A stretch of 32,000 bases of DNA from Synechocystis sp. PCC 6803 substr. PCC-P. GTDB lineage: Bacteria; Cyanobacteriota; Cyanobacteriia; Cyanobacteriales; Microcystaceae. The translations under genes and the position numbers were made by a program. Below, in pieces: positions 1 to 9,460 of the stretch. Numbering within the stretch: position 1 is the stretch's first letter; the number at the start of each line of letters is the position of its first letter. The notes under the pieces are model-generated. The model was not told where the DNA came from. It searched no databases and saw only the letters and a list, made by a program, of their open reading frames with translations. The stretch is taken from contig NC_017039.1 of the NCBI RefSeq assembly GCF_000284455.1, positions 1,350,001 through 1,382,000 on the forward strand, given 5' to 3'.

Positions 1-606
1 GCGGTAATAGCTTCGGAAATCCTCCATATTGTCCTGGCGGATGGCCGTGATCAGATCATTGGTAAATCTTTCTGTGGAAACGTAATAAACCTTGGCGTTA
101 GGGTACATTTCCAGTCGGTAATGGGCGATCGCCTGCATGAGGTGGGTTTTGCCTAGACCAACGCCGCCACAGAGAAAAAGAGGATTAAATTCCCGTCCGG
201 GGGATTCTGCTACAGCCAAAGATGCCGCATGGGCCATGCGATTGGTGGGCCCCACCACAAAACGAGAAAAAGTATATTTACCATTGAGCGCTGTGGCATT
301 TTTAGGGGTGGTCTCCATGGGCAGAGAAGACTCCTGGCCAATTAAGCTATGGGGTTCCAAGCCATCGGTAATGAGCTTCACCGTGATCTCCTGGCCTGTT
401 AAATCCGTCAGTACCTCCATCAGCAGTGGTCCATAGCTTTTTTGCAGATGGTTCAGGACAAAACCATTCTCCACCTGAATGGTGGCCACCCCATCCCCCA
501 AGGAAATTAGGACTGATGCTTTGATCCAAGTGTCAAAGGCCGGTTTGGTTAACTGGGTTGCCAGGATTGCTAGGGCCTGTTGCCAAAGATTTTCGCAGGA
601 GACCAT
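1..606 (-). CDS. dnaA: Chromosomal replication initiator protein DnaA (N-terminal part; gene continues beyond window start)
   Basis: Minus-strand translation from ATG at 606 reads MVSCENLWQQALAILATQLTKPAFDTWIKASVLISLGDGVATIQVENGFVLNHLQKSYGPLL..., with the AAA+ P-loop region near positions 90-130 (LFLCGGVGLGKTHLMQAIAH). Not in the ORF track because it has no stop in the window. Confidence 0.95.
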   Translation of the reverse strand, partial: MVSCENLWQQALAILATQLTKPAFDTWIKASVLISLGDGVATIQVENGFVLNHLQKSYGPLLMEVLTDLTGQEITVKLITDGLEPHSLIGQESSLPMETTPKNATALNGKYTFSRFVVGPTNRMAHAASLAVAESPGREFNPLFLCGGVGLGKTHLMQAIAHYRLEMYPNAKVYYVSTERFTNDLITAIRQDNMEDFRSYYR

Positions 607-660
607 CAAAAATATACAAATATACTTAGTAGGAAAACTCTATTGGTGAGCGTGAACGGC

Positions 661-1065
661 CTAAAACGATTGGAACATGATTGCTAAAAAAGCAAAGGTT
701 CCCACCACCACCAAGGCGATCGCCACCACAAAACTAATGGAAAGACGGGACTGGTAAGTGAAACGTCCCCGTTCAATGTGCTTTAAATCCTGACGGTGAT
801 TAATGGCCGCCGCCAGTAGGGCTAAGGTGCCAATGATAATAAAGGATAAACCCAAAGTCCGGGATAGGTGAAAACCATTTCTGCCCCCCGGAAACGCGCC
901 ATGGATGGCAGCGACAATACGGTCAATGCCCACGCCAAAACTGATCAAAGAAAGGCTGGTGCGAATCCAAGCCATTAATGTCCTTTCTGCGGCGGCCCGA
1001 TTCCGTTCCTTGGCCAATTCATTGGCTAAGTTATAGGGCTCTGGAGTTGGGGGATAATTATCCAT
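661..1065 (-). CDS. DUF202 / YidH-like small membrane protein; ORF is open to 1266 but the likely start is ATG at 1065
   Basis: MDNYPPTPEPYNLANELAKERNRAAAERTLMAWIRTSLSLISFGVGIDRIV is the DUF202 signature (AxxRTLLAWxRTxLSLISFG), followed by two further hydrophobic segments. Confidence 0.8.
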   Translation of the reverse strand: MDNYPPTPEPYNLANELAKERNRAAAERTLMAWIRTSLSLISFGVGIDRIVAAIHGAFPGGRNGFHLSRTLGLSFIIIGTLALLAAAINHRQDLKHIERGRFTYQSRLSISFVVAIALVVVGTFAFLAIMFQSF

Positions 1066-1282
1066 ACATTTCGCTAGCAAGTAAATTTGCTGTTTATCAA
1101 AAAAATGGACGCTAAAATCCCCTATTAAAGCCAAACCCAAGCAAAAGGCCCAAAGCCCAGAGACTTTGGACAATATGACCAGGTATTTGTCCCAGAGCTG
1201 AGGGGGCAATAGGCAATAACTGTGGGAAACTGAGAAAAACCAGATCCCTAGCCGGTTAACCCCCACCCTCTAACATTTAACC

Positions 1283-2458
1283 ATGGCCAATCCTGTCACT
1301 TTGCCCCAAACTTTTCTGTTACTCGGCTCTGGGGAATTGGGCAAGGAATTTACCATTGCCGCCCAGAGATTGGGCAATCGGGTCATTGCGGTGGACCGTT
1401 ATCCGGATGCGCCAGCCATGCAGGTGGCCCAGGTTGCCGAAGTCATTTCTATGTTGGATGGGAATGCCCTGGAAGCAGTGGTAAAAAAATATCAGCCGGA
1501 TTGGATTGTGCCAGAAGTGGAGGCCATCCGCACGGAAAAATTGTTGGAGCTGGAAGCCGGGGGCTATCGGGTCATTCCCACCGCCCAAGCCACCAATCTG
1601 ACCATGAACCGGGACCGGATTCGGGAGTTGGCCGCCCAACAGTTGGGGGTACGTACTGCCCGTTACAATTACGCCACCAGTTTGGCCGAGTTAGAGGAGG
1701 TAAGCCAGGCCATTGGTTTTCCCAATGTGGTCAAGCCGGTCATGTCTTCTTCGGGTAAGGGGCAATCTGTAGTTAACAATGCAGGAGAGGTGCAACAGGC
1801 CTGGTCAGCGGCGATCGCCGGAGCGAGGGGGGATCAGACCAAGGTGATTGTGGAGGAATTTATTCCCTTCGAGTTGGAAATTACGCTCTTAACTATCCGC
1901 CAATGGCAGGGAGAAACTCTGTTTTGTGATCCCATTGGCCACCGCCAAGAACGGGGAGACTATCAAGAATCATGGCAACCAGCCCCCTTAACCCAAAGGC
2001 AACTAGCCCAGGCCCAGGCGATCGCCAAAACCGTTACCGATGCTCTGGGGGGGGCGGGTATTTTTGGAGTGGAATTTTTCATTACCCCGGAGGAAGTGAT
2101 TTTTTCCGAATTGTCCCCCCGGCCCCATGACACTGGCATGGTTACCCTCATTTCCCAAAACTTGAACGAATTTGAGCTACATTTGCGGGCCATTTTAGGT
2201 TTACCCATTCCTCAAATTAAACAAACGGGGCCCGCCGCCAGCGCAGTTATCCTCGCTCTAGAAGCTGGGGAAAAGCTTAGTTACGCCGGATTAGCAGAAG
2301 CTTTAACAGAATCCGGCACCGATGTGCGTTTATTTGGTAAGCCCAATGCCAGACCCCATAGGCGTTTAGGAGTTGCCCTAGCCCAGGCAGAATCGGTCGA
2401 TGCAGCCCGACGTTTAGCCCAAACTGTGGCGGAAAAGGTAATAGTGCAAACAGAATAA
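1283..2458 (+). CDS. purT: Formate-dependent phosphoribosylglycinamide formyltransferase (ATP-grasp)
   Basis: 391 aa; LLLGSGELGKEFTIAAQRLGNRVIAVDRYPDAPAMQVA... and VIVEEFIPFELEITLL, FFITPEEVIFSELSPRPHDTGMVTLISQNLNEFELHLRAILGLP are characteristic of PurT. Confidence 0.96.
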   Translation: MANPVTLPQTFLLLGSGELGKEFTIAAQRLGNRVIAVDRYPDAPAMQVAQVAEVISMLDGNALEAVVKKYQPDWIVPEVEAIRTEKLLELEAGGYRVIPTAQATNLTMNRDRIRELAAQQLGVRTARYNYATSLAELEEVSQAIGFPNVVKPVMSSSGKGQSVVNNAGEVQQAWSAAIAGARGDQTKVIVEEFIPFELEITLLTIRQWQGETLFCDPIGHRQERGDYQESWQPAPLTQRQLAQAQAIAKTVTDALGGAGIFGVEFFITPEEVIFSELSPRPHDTGMVTLISQNLNEFELHLRAILGLPIPQIKQTGPAASAVILALEAGEKLSYAGLAEALTESGTDVRLFGKPNARPHRRLGVALAQAESVDAARRLAQTVAEKVIVQTE

Positions 2459-2470
2459 CAGACAAACAAA

Positions 2471-2504
2471 AACTTCCCTAAGGAGAGATTCCCTGGGGGA
2501 AGTT
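2471..2504. terminator. Possible bidirectional terminator after purT
   Basis: Inverted repeat AACTTCCC (2471-2478) / GGGAAGTT (2497-2504), flanked by AAAA on the left and TTAAAAAG on the right, between convergent genes. Confidence 0.4.
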
Positions 2505-2622
2505 AAAAAGCTCTGGGTTTTGGTCACTGTATTCCGTTGTCGAAATCCTCAGGATCTGAAAATTTTCCGCAGTTAGGGAATCAGGGGAAATTTAAGAACA
2601 TTTCAGGTTTGACCCGACCGAA

Positions 2623-2931
2623 TTAACTGTGGGCCACGTCCTGTCCCACCACATCCACCACATCCACCACCACGGTTTCCTGGGGGGCATCCTTTTCCTG
2701 CTTGGTTGTCTTGTTTTTTAAGCCAGTGAGAACCATTTGGGAAATTTCCGATACCAGCAAAGTGGCAATTAAACCATCGTCAATCCAACCAAGTACGGGG
2801 AAAACGTCGGGCAGAAAATCGATGGGACTGAGGAGATACACCAAGGAGCCGAGGACAATCCACCAACGGTACCGGGGATGGTTCAGCATTTGACGGTACC
2901 AACCATAGAGAGACTCGAGGGAAAATTTCAT
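2623..2931 (-). CDS. DUF1232 (YkvA-like) small membrane protein; ORF open to 2973
   Basis: YRWWIVLGSLVYLLSPIDFLPDVFPVLGWIDDGLIATLL matches the DUF1232 YLxSPxDxIPDxxPVxGxxDD pattern. Confidence 0.8.
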   Translation of the reverse strand: MKFSLESLYGWYRQMLNHPRYRWWIVLGSLVYLLSPIDFLPDVFPVLGWIDDGLIATLLVSEISQMVLTGLKNKTTKQEKDAPQETVVVDVVDVVGQDVAHS

Positions 2932-3120
2932 GGGGTGCGGGGGGAAAGAACAATTTAATTTTGGCAGATCCAATGGGGGCTCCGGGGGGGAAAACTCCCA
3001 GGCTTGGGGACGGATTTCCCTCTAGCCTTGGGTTTAGCCAGCAGTTTCTCTTTTGAGCGCTGACATTGCCCCCCAGTCGGCAATAATGTATCTGTCGTTA
3101 ACCTTGTCTTTGCCAGGCCC

Positions 3121-4101
3121 ATGCTGATTTCCCGTGCCCCTGTCCGCATTAGTTTTTTTGGTGGGGGAACCGATTATCCTGAGTATTTTCTCCAGCATGG
3201 TGGTGCGGTTCTAGCTACGGCAATCGACAAATTTTCCTACGTTACTGCTAGTCCTTTTCTGAGTCATTTATTTGACTATTCCATTCGCGTTTCCTACCGC
3301 AAAGTGGAATTGGTTAAAAATCCTAGCGAAATGGAGCACGTGGTTTTTCGGGAATGCTTGAAATTCTGTGGTTTAGAAAAAGATATTGAGCTTCATAACG
3401 TGGCGGATTTACCAGCTTTTACCGGTCTGGGGTCTTCCTCTGCTTTTACGGTTTCCTTGCTCCAGGCTCTGCACTCTTTTAAAGGGGAATTTATCCGTCC
3501 TTTGGATTTAGCCTATGAAGCCATTTATGTCGAAAGGCATTTGGTCAAAGACAAGGTGGGTTGTCAGGATCAACTAATGGCCGCCATGGGGGGATTTAAC
3601 TTGGTGGAATTTCGCAAGGAAGACGATATTGTGGTCAGTCGGGTCACCATGGCCCCGGAAAGGATGGCGGAGTTTGAAGAACATATTTTTATTGTTTTTA
3701 CCGGCATTAAACGGCGGGCAGCCAATGTGGTGGAAAAGCAATTAAAAAGGGTGGGTGATAATCGAGAAACCCTGAAACTGATGCGTGCCATGGTGGACAA
3801 AGGTTGGGACATTTTAACTAGTAACCAATGTTTGTCAGCCTTCGGAGAATTATTGGATCAAGCCTGGCAGGCAAAGCGAAGTTTAGATGTGGGCATTTCC
3901 AATGGCGACATTGACCGCATTTACCAACAGGGAAGGGAAGCCGGGGCCTGGGGCGGTAAATTGCTGGGGGCTGGAGCAGGGGGTTTTATGTTATTTTTTG
4001 CCCCCCCATCAGTGCATCCCCGTTTGGCGGAAACTTTTAAGGATCATCAAGTCTTGTCGGTAAAAATTAATGCCCCTGGTTCCCAGATCATCTTCTCTTA
4101 G
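3121..4101 (+). CDS. GHMP-family sugar kinase (heptose-7-phosphate kinase / glucuronokinase-like)
   Basis: 326 aa; N-terminal MLISRAPVRISFFGGGTDYPEYF, ATP motif PAFTGLGSSSAFTVSLL, C-terminal GAWGGKLLGAGAGGFMLFF. Confidence 0.88.
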   Translation: MLISRAPVRISFFGGGTDYPEYFLQHGGAVLATAIDKFSYVTASPFLSHLFDYSIRVSYRKVELVKNPSEMEHVVFRECLKFCGLEKDIELHNVADLPAFTGLGSSSAFTVSLLQALHSFKGEFIRPLDLAYEAIYVERHLVKDKVGCQDQLMAAMGGFNLVEFRKEDDIVVSRVTMAPERMAEFEEHIFIVFTGIKRRAANVVEKQLKRVGDNRETLKLMRAMVDKGWDILTSNQCLSAFGELLDQAWQAKRSLDVGISNGDIDRIYQQGREAGAWGGKLLGAGAGGFMLFFAPPSVHPRLAETFKDHQVLSVKINAPGSQIIFS

Positions 4102-4182
4102 GTTGAAAGCTGTTTATTTCCATGGACCCTGACGGTCAAGCAAGGGCAGGAAAAGTATCATGGATGATGACGCCCTAATTCT

Positions 4183-5580
4183 TTGCCCATGAACTTAGCC
4201 ACCATTAAAGTCACCTTGCCGGAACTAATTGGCCGTTACCAGTCCCAGGCAGACTTTATCAGTATTCGTTTGGAACAGTCCGAAGGAACCCAAATTAGCT
4301 TGCGGAGTGACCAGGTGGAAACCCTCAGTGAGGGTATTGCCATGGGTGGCCAGGTGCGGGTTTGTCATCAAGGGGGTTGGGGTTTTGCCAGTTTTAACCG
4401 TTGGGAACAGTTACGCCAAAGACTAGAAGAGGCGATCGCCGCCGCGCGATTAATTGGGGATGATGAAACCCTGTTGGCTCCCATTGATCCGGTTCAACAA
4501 ACCTTTATCAATCCTTTAACGGGCAAAGATCCCCGCCAGATTAGTTTGGCTGATAAAAAAGCTCTGTGTGACCACTACAATGATTTGCTCCGGGGCACCA
4601 GCGATAAGATTACCACCACCCATGTGCGCTACAGCGACAGCCAACAAACGGTGTTGCTAGCTACTTCGGAAGGGACTCTGTTGGAGCAATGTTGGTGGGA
4701 TTTGGAAATGCGTTTTGCGGCCACCGCCAAAGATGGCAACGGCGTTCAAGTAGGTAGAGAAACCACAGGCTCCCGCCGGGGCTACGGGGATTTGGAAAAT
4801 TTAGACCAGGTGGTGCAGGGGGCGGCCCAACGGGCAGTGAAAGCGTTAACTTTGCCCACAGTGCAGGGAAAAACTTATCCGGTGGTGATTGACCCAATTT
4901 TGACTGGGTTATTTGTCCACGAAGCCTTTGGCCATCTGTCCGAAGCGGATATGCTCTACGAAAATCCCGACTTTTTGGAAGTGATGAGTTTGGGTCGGCG
5001 CTTTGGCCCGCCGGAATTACAAATTTTTGATGGAGCGGCTCCACCAGGGCACCGGGGTAGTTATGGTTTTGACGATGAAGGGGTGCCCGCCAGTACCACC
5101 CAGTTGATTAAAGATGGGGAATTGGTGGGTAGGCTCCATTCCAGGGAAACGGCGGGGAAATTGGGGGAAAAACCCACTGGCAATGCCCGCTGTTTGAACT
5201 ACCACTATCCCCCCATTGTGCGGATGACTAATACGTGGATTGGCCGGGGCGAAACTCCTGTGGCTAATTTGTTAGACGGCATTGAGGAAGGGATCTATGC
5301 CCAAAATTGGCTGGGGGGTATGACCAACGGGGAAATGTTCACCTTTAGCGCTGGAGAGGCCTGGATGATCCGCCATGGTCAGCTAGCGGAACCGGTTAAA
5401 GATGTGACCCTGTCCGGCAATGTGTTTAAAACCCTGGCTAACATCGAGGCGATCGCCGACGACTTTTATTGGGATGAGTCTGGGGGCTGTGGCAAAGGGG
5501 GCCAAAATGGTTTGGCGGTGGGTTGCGGTGGCCCCAGTTTACGCATCCGGGATGTGGTGGTGGGGGGCGATGCCGCCTAG
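4183..5580 (+). CDS. tldD: TldD/PmbA-family metalloprotease
   Basis: 465 aa; [22 protein letters not shown] contains the TldD HExxxH motif; [28 protein letters not shown] and the C-terminal [21 protein letters not shown] are also typical. Confidence 0.92.
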   Translation: MPMNLATIKVTLPELIGRYQSQADFISIRLEQSEGTQISLRSDQVETLSEGIAMGGQVRVCHQGGWGFASFNRWEQLRQRLEEAIAAARLIGDDETLLAPIDPVQQTFINPLTGKDPRQISLADKKALCDHYNDLLRGTSDKITTTHVRYSDSQQTVLLATSEGTLLEQCWWDLEMRFAATAKDGNGVQVGRETTGSRRGYGDLENLDQVVQGAAQRAVKALTLPTVQGKTYPVVIDPILTGLFVHEAFGHLSEADMLYENPDFLEVMSLGRRFGPPELQIFDGAAPPGHRGSYGFDDEGVPASTTQLIKDGELVGRLHSRETAGKLGEKPTGNARCLNYHYPPIVRMTNTWIGRGETPVANLLDGIEEGIYAQNWLGGMTNGEMFTFSAGEAWMIRHGQLAEPVKDVTLSGNVFKTLANIEAIADDFYWDESGGCGKGGQNGLAVGCGGPSLRIRDVVVGGDAA

Positions 5581-6653
5581 ACCCCTGCTGTTTCGGACTT
5601 TTGGGGGCAAATAATACCTCCCCCTAACACCCGATCGCCGTCATAGAGCACTGCGGCTTGCCCTGGAGTGATGCCAAATTGAGGTTCGTCAAAGACCAGT
5701 TTGATTTGTTGATCGTGCCAGGGAATGGCATTGACGGTCACTGGAGCGGAACGGTAGCGCACCTGCACTTCACAGCGGATGGGGGCTGTTGGCTCTGGAA
5801 TGGAAACCCAGTTGAGCCGTTGTACGTAGCATTCCCCACTGCCCGCACTCTGGCGATCGCCGACAATGACCCGATTCATCACCGGATCGAGCTTAACCAC
5901 GTATAACGGTTCCGCCGCCGCAATACCTAACCCTTTCCGTTGGCCAATGGTGTAGTGATGAATGCCTTCATGGTGGCCCAACACCGCCCCGGACAGATCA
6001 ACAATTTCCCCCGCTTTCGGGGCGATGTATTTGTCCAAAAAGTCCCGCATGGAGCCATGGGCTTCAATCAGGCATAAATCCTGACTATCTTTTTTTTCCG
6101 CTGTGCTCAAGTCAAATTCCGCTGCCAACTGTCGGGTCACAGTTTTGGTTTGCTCCCCCAGGGGAAACAGGGTGGCCGCCAAAATTTCCTGGGATAGGTC
6201 ATAAAGGAAATAGGATTGGTCCTTCTGGCGATCGACCGCCCGCAACAACTCGTAGCGTTGACTGGCTTCATTAAAGCGAATGCGTGCATAGTGCCCCGTG
6301 GCAATTTTATCGATACCGAGGGACTGCTGAGCATATTGCAGCATAGGGCCAAATTTGACCGCCTTATTGCATTGGGAACAGGGTAATGGGGTCACGCCCT
6401 CGCCGTAGCCCTGCACCAGATAATCAATGATGTGATTTTGGAATAAATCTCTGGTGTCCACAATTTCGTGGGGCACCCCCAACTGCTCACAAATGGAAGC
6501 GGCATCCACTAGCCCTTCCGAACAGCATTGACCCTTACCCTTCATTAACCAGAGGGTAACTCCCACCACGGCATAACCTTGACGGTGCAACAGGGCCGCC
6601 GCCACCGAACTATCTACTCCGCCGGATAGTCCCACCACTACTTTTTGCGTCAT
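5577..6653 (-). CDS. mnmA: tRNA-specific 2-thiouridylase
   Basis: 358 aa; [51 protein letters not shown]-type motif [21 protein letters not shown]. Confidence 0.96.
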   Translation of the reverse strand: MTQKVVVGLSGGVDSSVAAALLHRQGYAVVGVTLWLMKGKGQCCSEGLVDAASICEQLGVPHEIVDTRDLFQNHIIDYLVQGYGEGVTPLPCSQCNKAVKFGPMLQYAQQSLGIDKIATGHYARIRFNEASQRYELLRAVDRQKDQSYFLYDLSQEILAATLFPLGEQTKTVTRQLAAEFDLSTAEKKDSQDLCLIEAHGSMRDFLDKYIAPKAGEIVDLSGAVLGHHEGIHHYTIGQRKGLGIAAAEPLYVVKLDPVMNRVIVGDRQSAGSGECYVQRLNWVSIPEPTAPIRCEVQVRYRSAPVTVNAIPWHDQQIKLVFDEPQFGITPGQAAVLYDGDRVLGGGIICPQKSETAGV

Positions 6654-6766
6654 TGCTGGTTTACTCTGCGCTCCAAATTGACAGGGGTTGCTTTAACAAA
6701 TAGGCCCTAACCCAGCTTAACCTAGAAAAACTACCGCCAGAAAATGAGCATGAATAAAACCTTGAT

Positions 6767-7864
6767 TCAATAATTTTCCTGATATTCAAAGCGGGTGTGG
6801 GGAGTGAAGTCTGCTAAACCATCACAGGCCATAATGCCCTGGGTCGTCAAACCTTTTGCTGGATAAGGATGGTAAATATTTAAAAAATCGTCCAACACCA
6901 TTGTCAGATCTTCATAGGCTACCGTCTGCTTCCTTAGGGCTTGGTCTAGAAAAGGAACTAGGGATGCTAAAAAATCCTGACTAACTATGGTGCCCAATTG
7001 GGCTTGATCCGTTAGACAGTTAAAACTTTTCTCGACCATGCCATTACTTTGAATTTGACAATGGTCTTGGCTCCGCTGCCAAATTTGATCATCTTCCAGG
7101 ATAGATCCCCCACCAAAGTCACGTTCGTGAGCAAATACGGTATGGACACAACCAACGGAATACACTGATGCTTGGTTACGACCGAAATAAGGATAACGAA
7201 AACTACAAACGTCCGTTAATAAATGGGTCTGGGGATGACGTTTAACATGGGCTGGGGCAAAAGAATCCTGGACGGTATGGAGCGATGCTCCAATAAATTT
7301 TAAACCCAATTGTTTGCGTTGATAGCGGTCCAAGTTTTGGTTGACTATTTGTTGGCCCGCCATTACCTCAGTGCCATAAATTACTGCATTTTTGATAAAA
7401 TTTTGAGACAGAATACAAGACTCTTTGGCACTAAGAGCCTGTTGTTGATGCGGGTCAAGATAATTACGGGTAAAATGCATTACCTGGGAATGGGATTCGC
7501 TGTGTTCGATCATCCCAGTCAGTATTTTTTTCTGTTCTTGGGCGGTAAAATGTTCCCATTCCTGTCCCAGCAAAATTCCGATTAAACTTGTGGCAAATGC
7601 CGGATCAAGTTGAGGAAAATCATTAACCACATTGCCATAGGCCAAAGGATGGGATAAATAATTTACGCCGCCGACATAATCACCATAAAAAACCCTAGTT
7701 AATTTATCATCACTGGATTGGAGTCTTGTGAGCGCAAATTTAGTCAGATATTCATGGCCTGGCACAATGTAACAAGAAAAAGCCTGAACAGGTGGAGCTT
7801 CCCAGGATAGCAACCAAATAAACCCCAGAAAAGATAGACATTTTTGAAAAAATGCTAGCTTCAT
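6767..7864 (-). CDS. Secreted hypothetical protein, possibly zinc phospholipase C/nuclease-like; ORF track start 7876 is TTG, ATG at 7864 precedes a signal peptide
   Basis: MKLAFFQKCLSFLGFIWLLSWEAPPVQAFSCYIVPGHEYLTKFALTRLQ; later histidine/aspartate-rich LGLKFIGASLHTVQDSFAPAHVKRHPQTHLLTDV. Confidence 0.55.
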   Translation of the reverse strand: MKLAFFQKCLSFLGFIWLLSWEAPPVQAFSCYIVPGHEYLTKFALTRLQSSDDKLTRVFYGDYVGGVNYLSHPLAYGNVVNDFPQLDPAFATSLIGILLGQEWEHFTAQEQKKILTGMIEHSESHSQVMHFTRNYLDPHQQQALSAKESCILSQNFIKNAVIYGTEVMAGQQIVNQNLDRYQRKQLGLKFIGASLHTVQDSFAPAHVKRHPQTHLLTDVCSFRYPYFGRNQASVYSVGCVHTVFAHERDFGGGSILEDDQIWQRSQDHCQIQSNGMVEKSFNCLTDQAQLGTIVSQDFLASLVPFLDQALRKQTVAYEDLTMVLDDFLNIYHPYPAKGLTTQGIMACDGLADFTPHTRFEYQENY

Positions 7865-7872
7865 GACCAAAA

Positions 7873-9339
7873 TCAAATGATGGCGAAAGCTGCTCCTGAT
7901 TGAGGGGCCATGGTCAAAAGTAACCCTGCGGTGTTCCGGTCAATTACGGTCTCACCATTAGCGCTAAATACAGGTTCAGCTATGTCTATTTTATCCAAAT
8001 TTATTATGTCTGGAGATAATATAATTTCTATTATGTTGTCACCACTATTAACGGCAACCATTAGGGTTTCATCGCCGTATTGCCGTTGAAAAACATAGCC
8101 CATACCTGCCGTGGCGATAATTTTGTAATCCCCCAATTGCAAACATTGATAGCGATGGCGCAGGGCAATCAATTGGCGGTAGAATTCCCAACAATCCAAG
8201 TCCCAGTCAGTTTTAGCAGGAAAAACTCGGCGACAATCGGGGTCGGCCTCCCCAGGCAAACCCACTTCGTCTCCGTAGTAAACACAGGGAGCACCGGGGA
8301 AAGTAAACATCAGTAAAAGAGCGAGGTTAACGCTGGGCCGATCGCCATTGGCTAGGGTTAATAAGCGGGCGGTGTCGTGGCTGTTGAGTAAATTTAATTG
8401 GGTTAACTGAATTTCCCAGGGATGTTGTTGCAGCAGTTGGCTAATTCTTTCCCCATAGGCTTCTGCAGTTAGGGCTGGGTAAGGACGATATTCTTCCCCC
8501 CGTAGATGTTCTTTTTGCAGGCGATCGCCAATGGCAAAAGCTACGGTAGGTTCGGTAAAGCGATAGTTCATCACCCCATCGAATTGATCTCCGGCTAACC
8601 AGGGGCTAGCATCACACCAAATTTCCCCCACAATGTAGGCTTCTGGATTAATGGCCTTGACCCTGCAGCGGAATTCTTGCCAAAAACCTTCCGCTTTGAC
8701 ACAATCGGGCACATCCAAACGCCAACCATCAATGCCCTGGGCAATCCAATACTCCCCCACCCGCATCAAATATTCCCGTACGTCGGGATGGTCATGGTTA
8801 AACTGGGGCAGGGCCCGCAAATCTACCCAGCCCCGATAGTTAGCTGGCAGAGAACCGTCATAGGCTGATAGGGGCCAATCTTCAATGTGAAACCAATCTA
8901 ACCAAGGAGAATGGGGGCCATTTTCCAAAATGTCGTTGAAAAAGTAGAAACCCCTGCTGGCATGGTTAAACACTCCATCCAAGACTACTTTCATCTCCCG
9001 GCGGTGGGCCTGGGTTAGTAAAGCCTGCAACGCCTCGTTGCCCCCCAGTAGAGGATCCACTTGGTAATAGTCATGGGTGTGATAACGGTGATTACAGGCG
9101 GACTGGAAAATGGGGGTCAAGTATAAAGCGGTAATGCCCGAATCCTGGAGATAATCCAAATGTTCGATCACTCCCCACAGGTTGCCCCCCTTATAACCCT
9201 GCACCGTTGGCGGGGCCTCCCATGGTTCTAGCTTTGGTTGTTGAGCGACGGCGATCGCCTGTTGTTGGCCGATGGCAAAACGGTCAGGAAAAATTTGATA
9301 GAAAACGGCTTTTTTCACCCAATCTGGGGTTGTAACCAT
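7873..9339 (-). CDS. Alpha-amylase family glycoside hydrolase (neopullulanase-like); ORF open to 9399, likely start ATG 9339
   Basis: MVTTPDWVKKAVFYQIFPDRFA; GH13 motifs VVLDGVFNHAS, GWRLDVPD, VGEIW, NLLNSHDT. Confidence 0.92.
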   Translation of the reverse strand: MVTTPDWVKKAVFYQIFPDRFAIGQQQAIAVAQQPKLEPWEAPPTVQGYKGGNLWGVIEHLDYLQDSGITALYLTPIFQSACNHRYHTHDYYQVDPLLGGNEALQALLTQAHRREMKVVLDGVFNHASRGFYFFNDILENGPHSPWLDWFHIEDWPLSAYDGSLPANYRGWVDLRALPQFNHDHPDVREYLMRVGEYWIAQGIDGWRLDVPDCVKAEGFWQEFRCRVKAINPEAYIVGEIWCDASPWLAGDQFDGVMNYRFTEPTVAFAIGDRLQKEHLRGEEYRPYPALTAEAYGERISQLLQQHPWEIQLTQLNLLNSHDTARLLTLANGDRPSVNLALLLMFTFPGAPCVYYGDEVGLPGEADPDCRRVFPAKTDWDLDCWEFYRQLIALRHRYQCLQLGDYKIIATAGMGYVFQRQYGDETLMVAVNSGDNIIEIILSPDIINLDKIDIAEPVFSANGETVIDRNTAGLLLTMAPQSGAAFAII

Positions 9340-9353
9340 GGTGATTCTAGTCC

Positions 9354-9373
9354 TTGTTAATAATTTGTTAATA
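9354..9373. promoter_or_regulatory. Tandem direct repeat TTGTTAATA x2, 11-bp phased, between the divergent amylase and ABC-F genes
   Basis: TTGTTAATA at 9354-9362 and 9365-9373. Confidence 0.3.
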
Positions 9374-9460
9374 TTTACCCTGTCGTAATGGTGGGGCACA
9401 GGTTTTTAAAGGCAATTTTTCGATACACTGGAAGCTCAGTTTCCCCCCAGCCCTATTCCT

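Noticed and set aside
137-436. 99-aa plus-strand ORF at window start
   Set aside because: Lies antisense and fully inside the dnaA coding region, with a low-complexity composition; no independent support.
1811-1818. Repeated GCGATCGC palindromes throughout the window as possible functional sites or CRISPR-like repeats
   Set aside because: These are HIP1, a well-known highly iterated palindrome in cyanobacterial genomes; distribution is dispersed, with no spacer structure. Only their local absence is notable.
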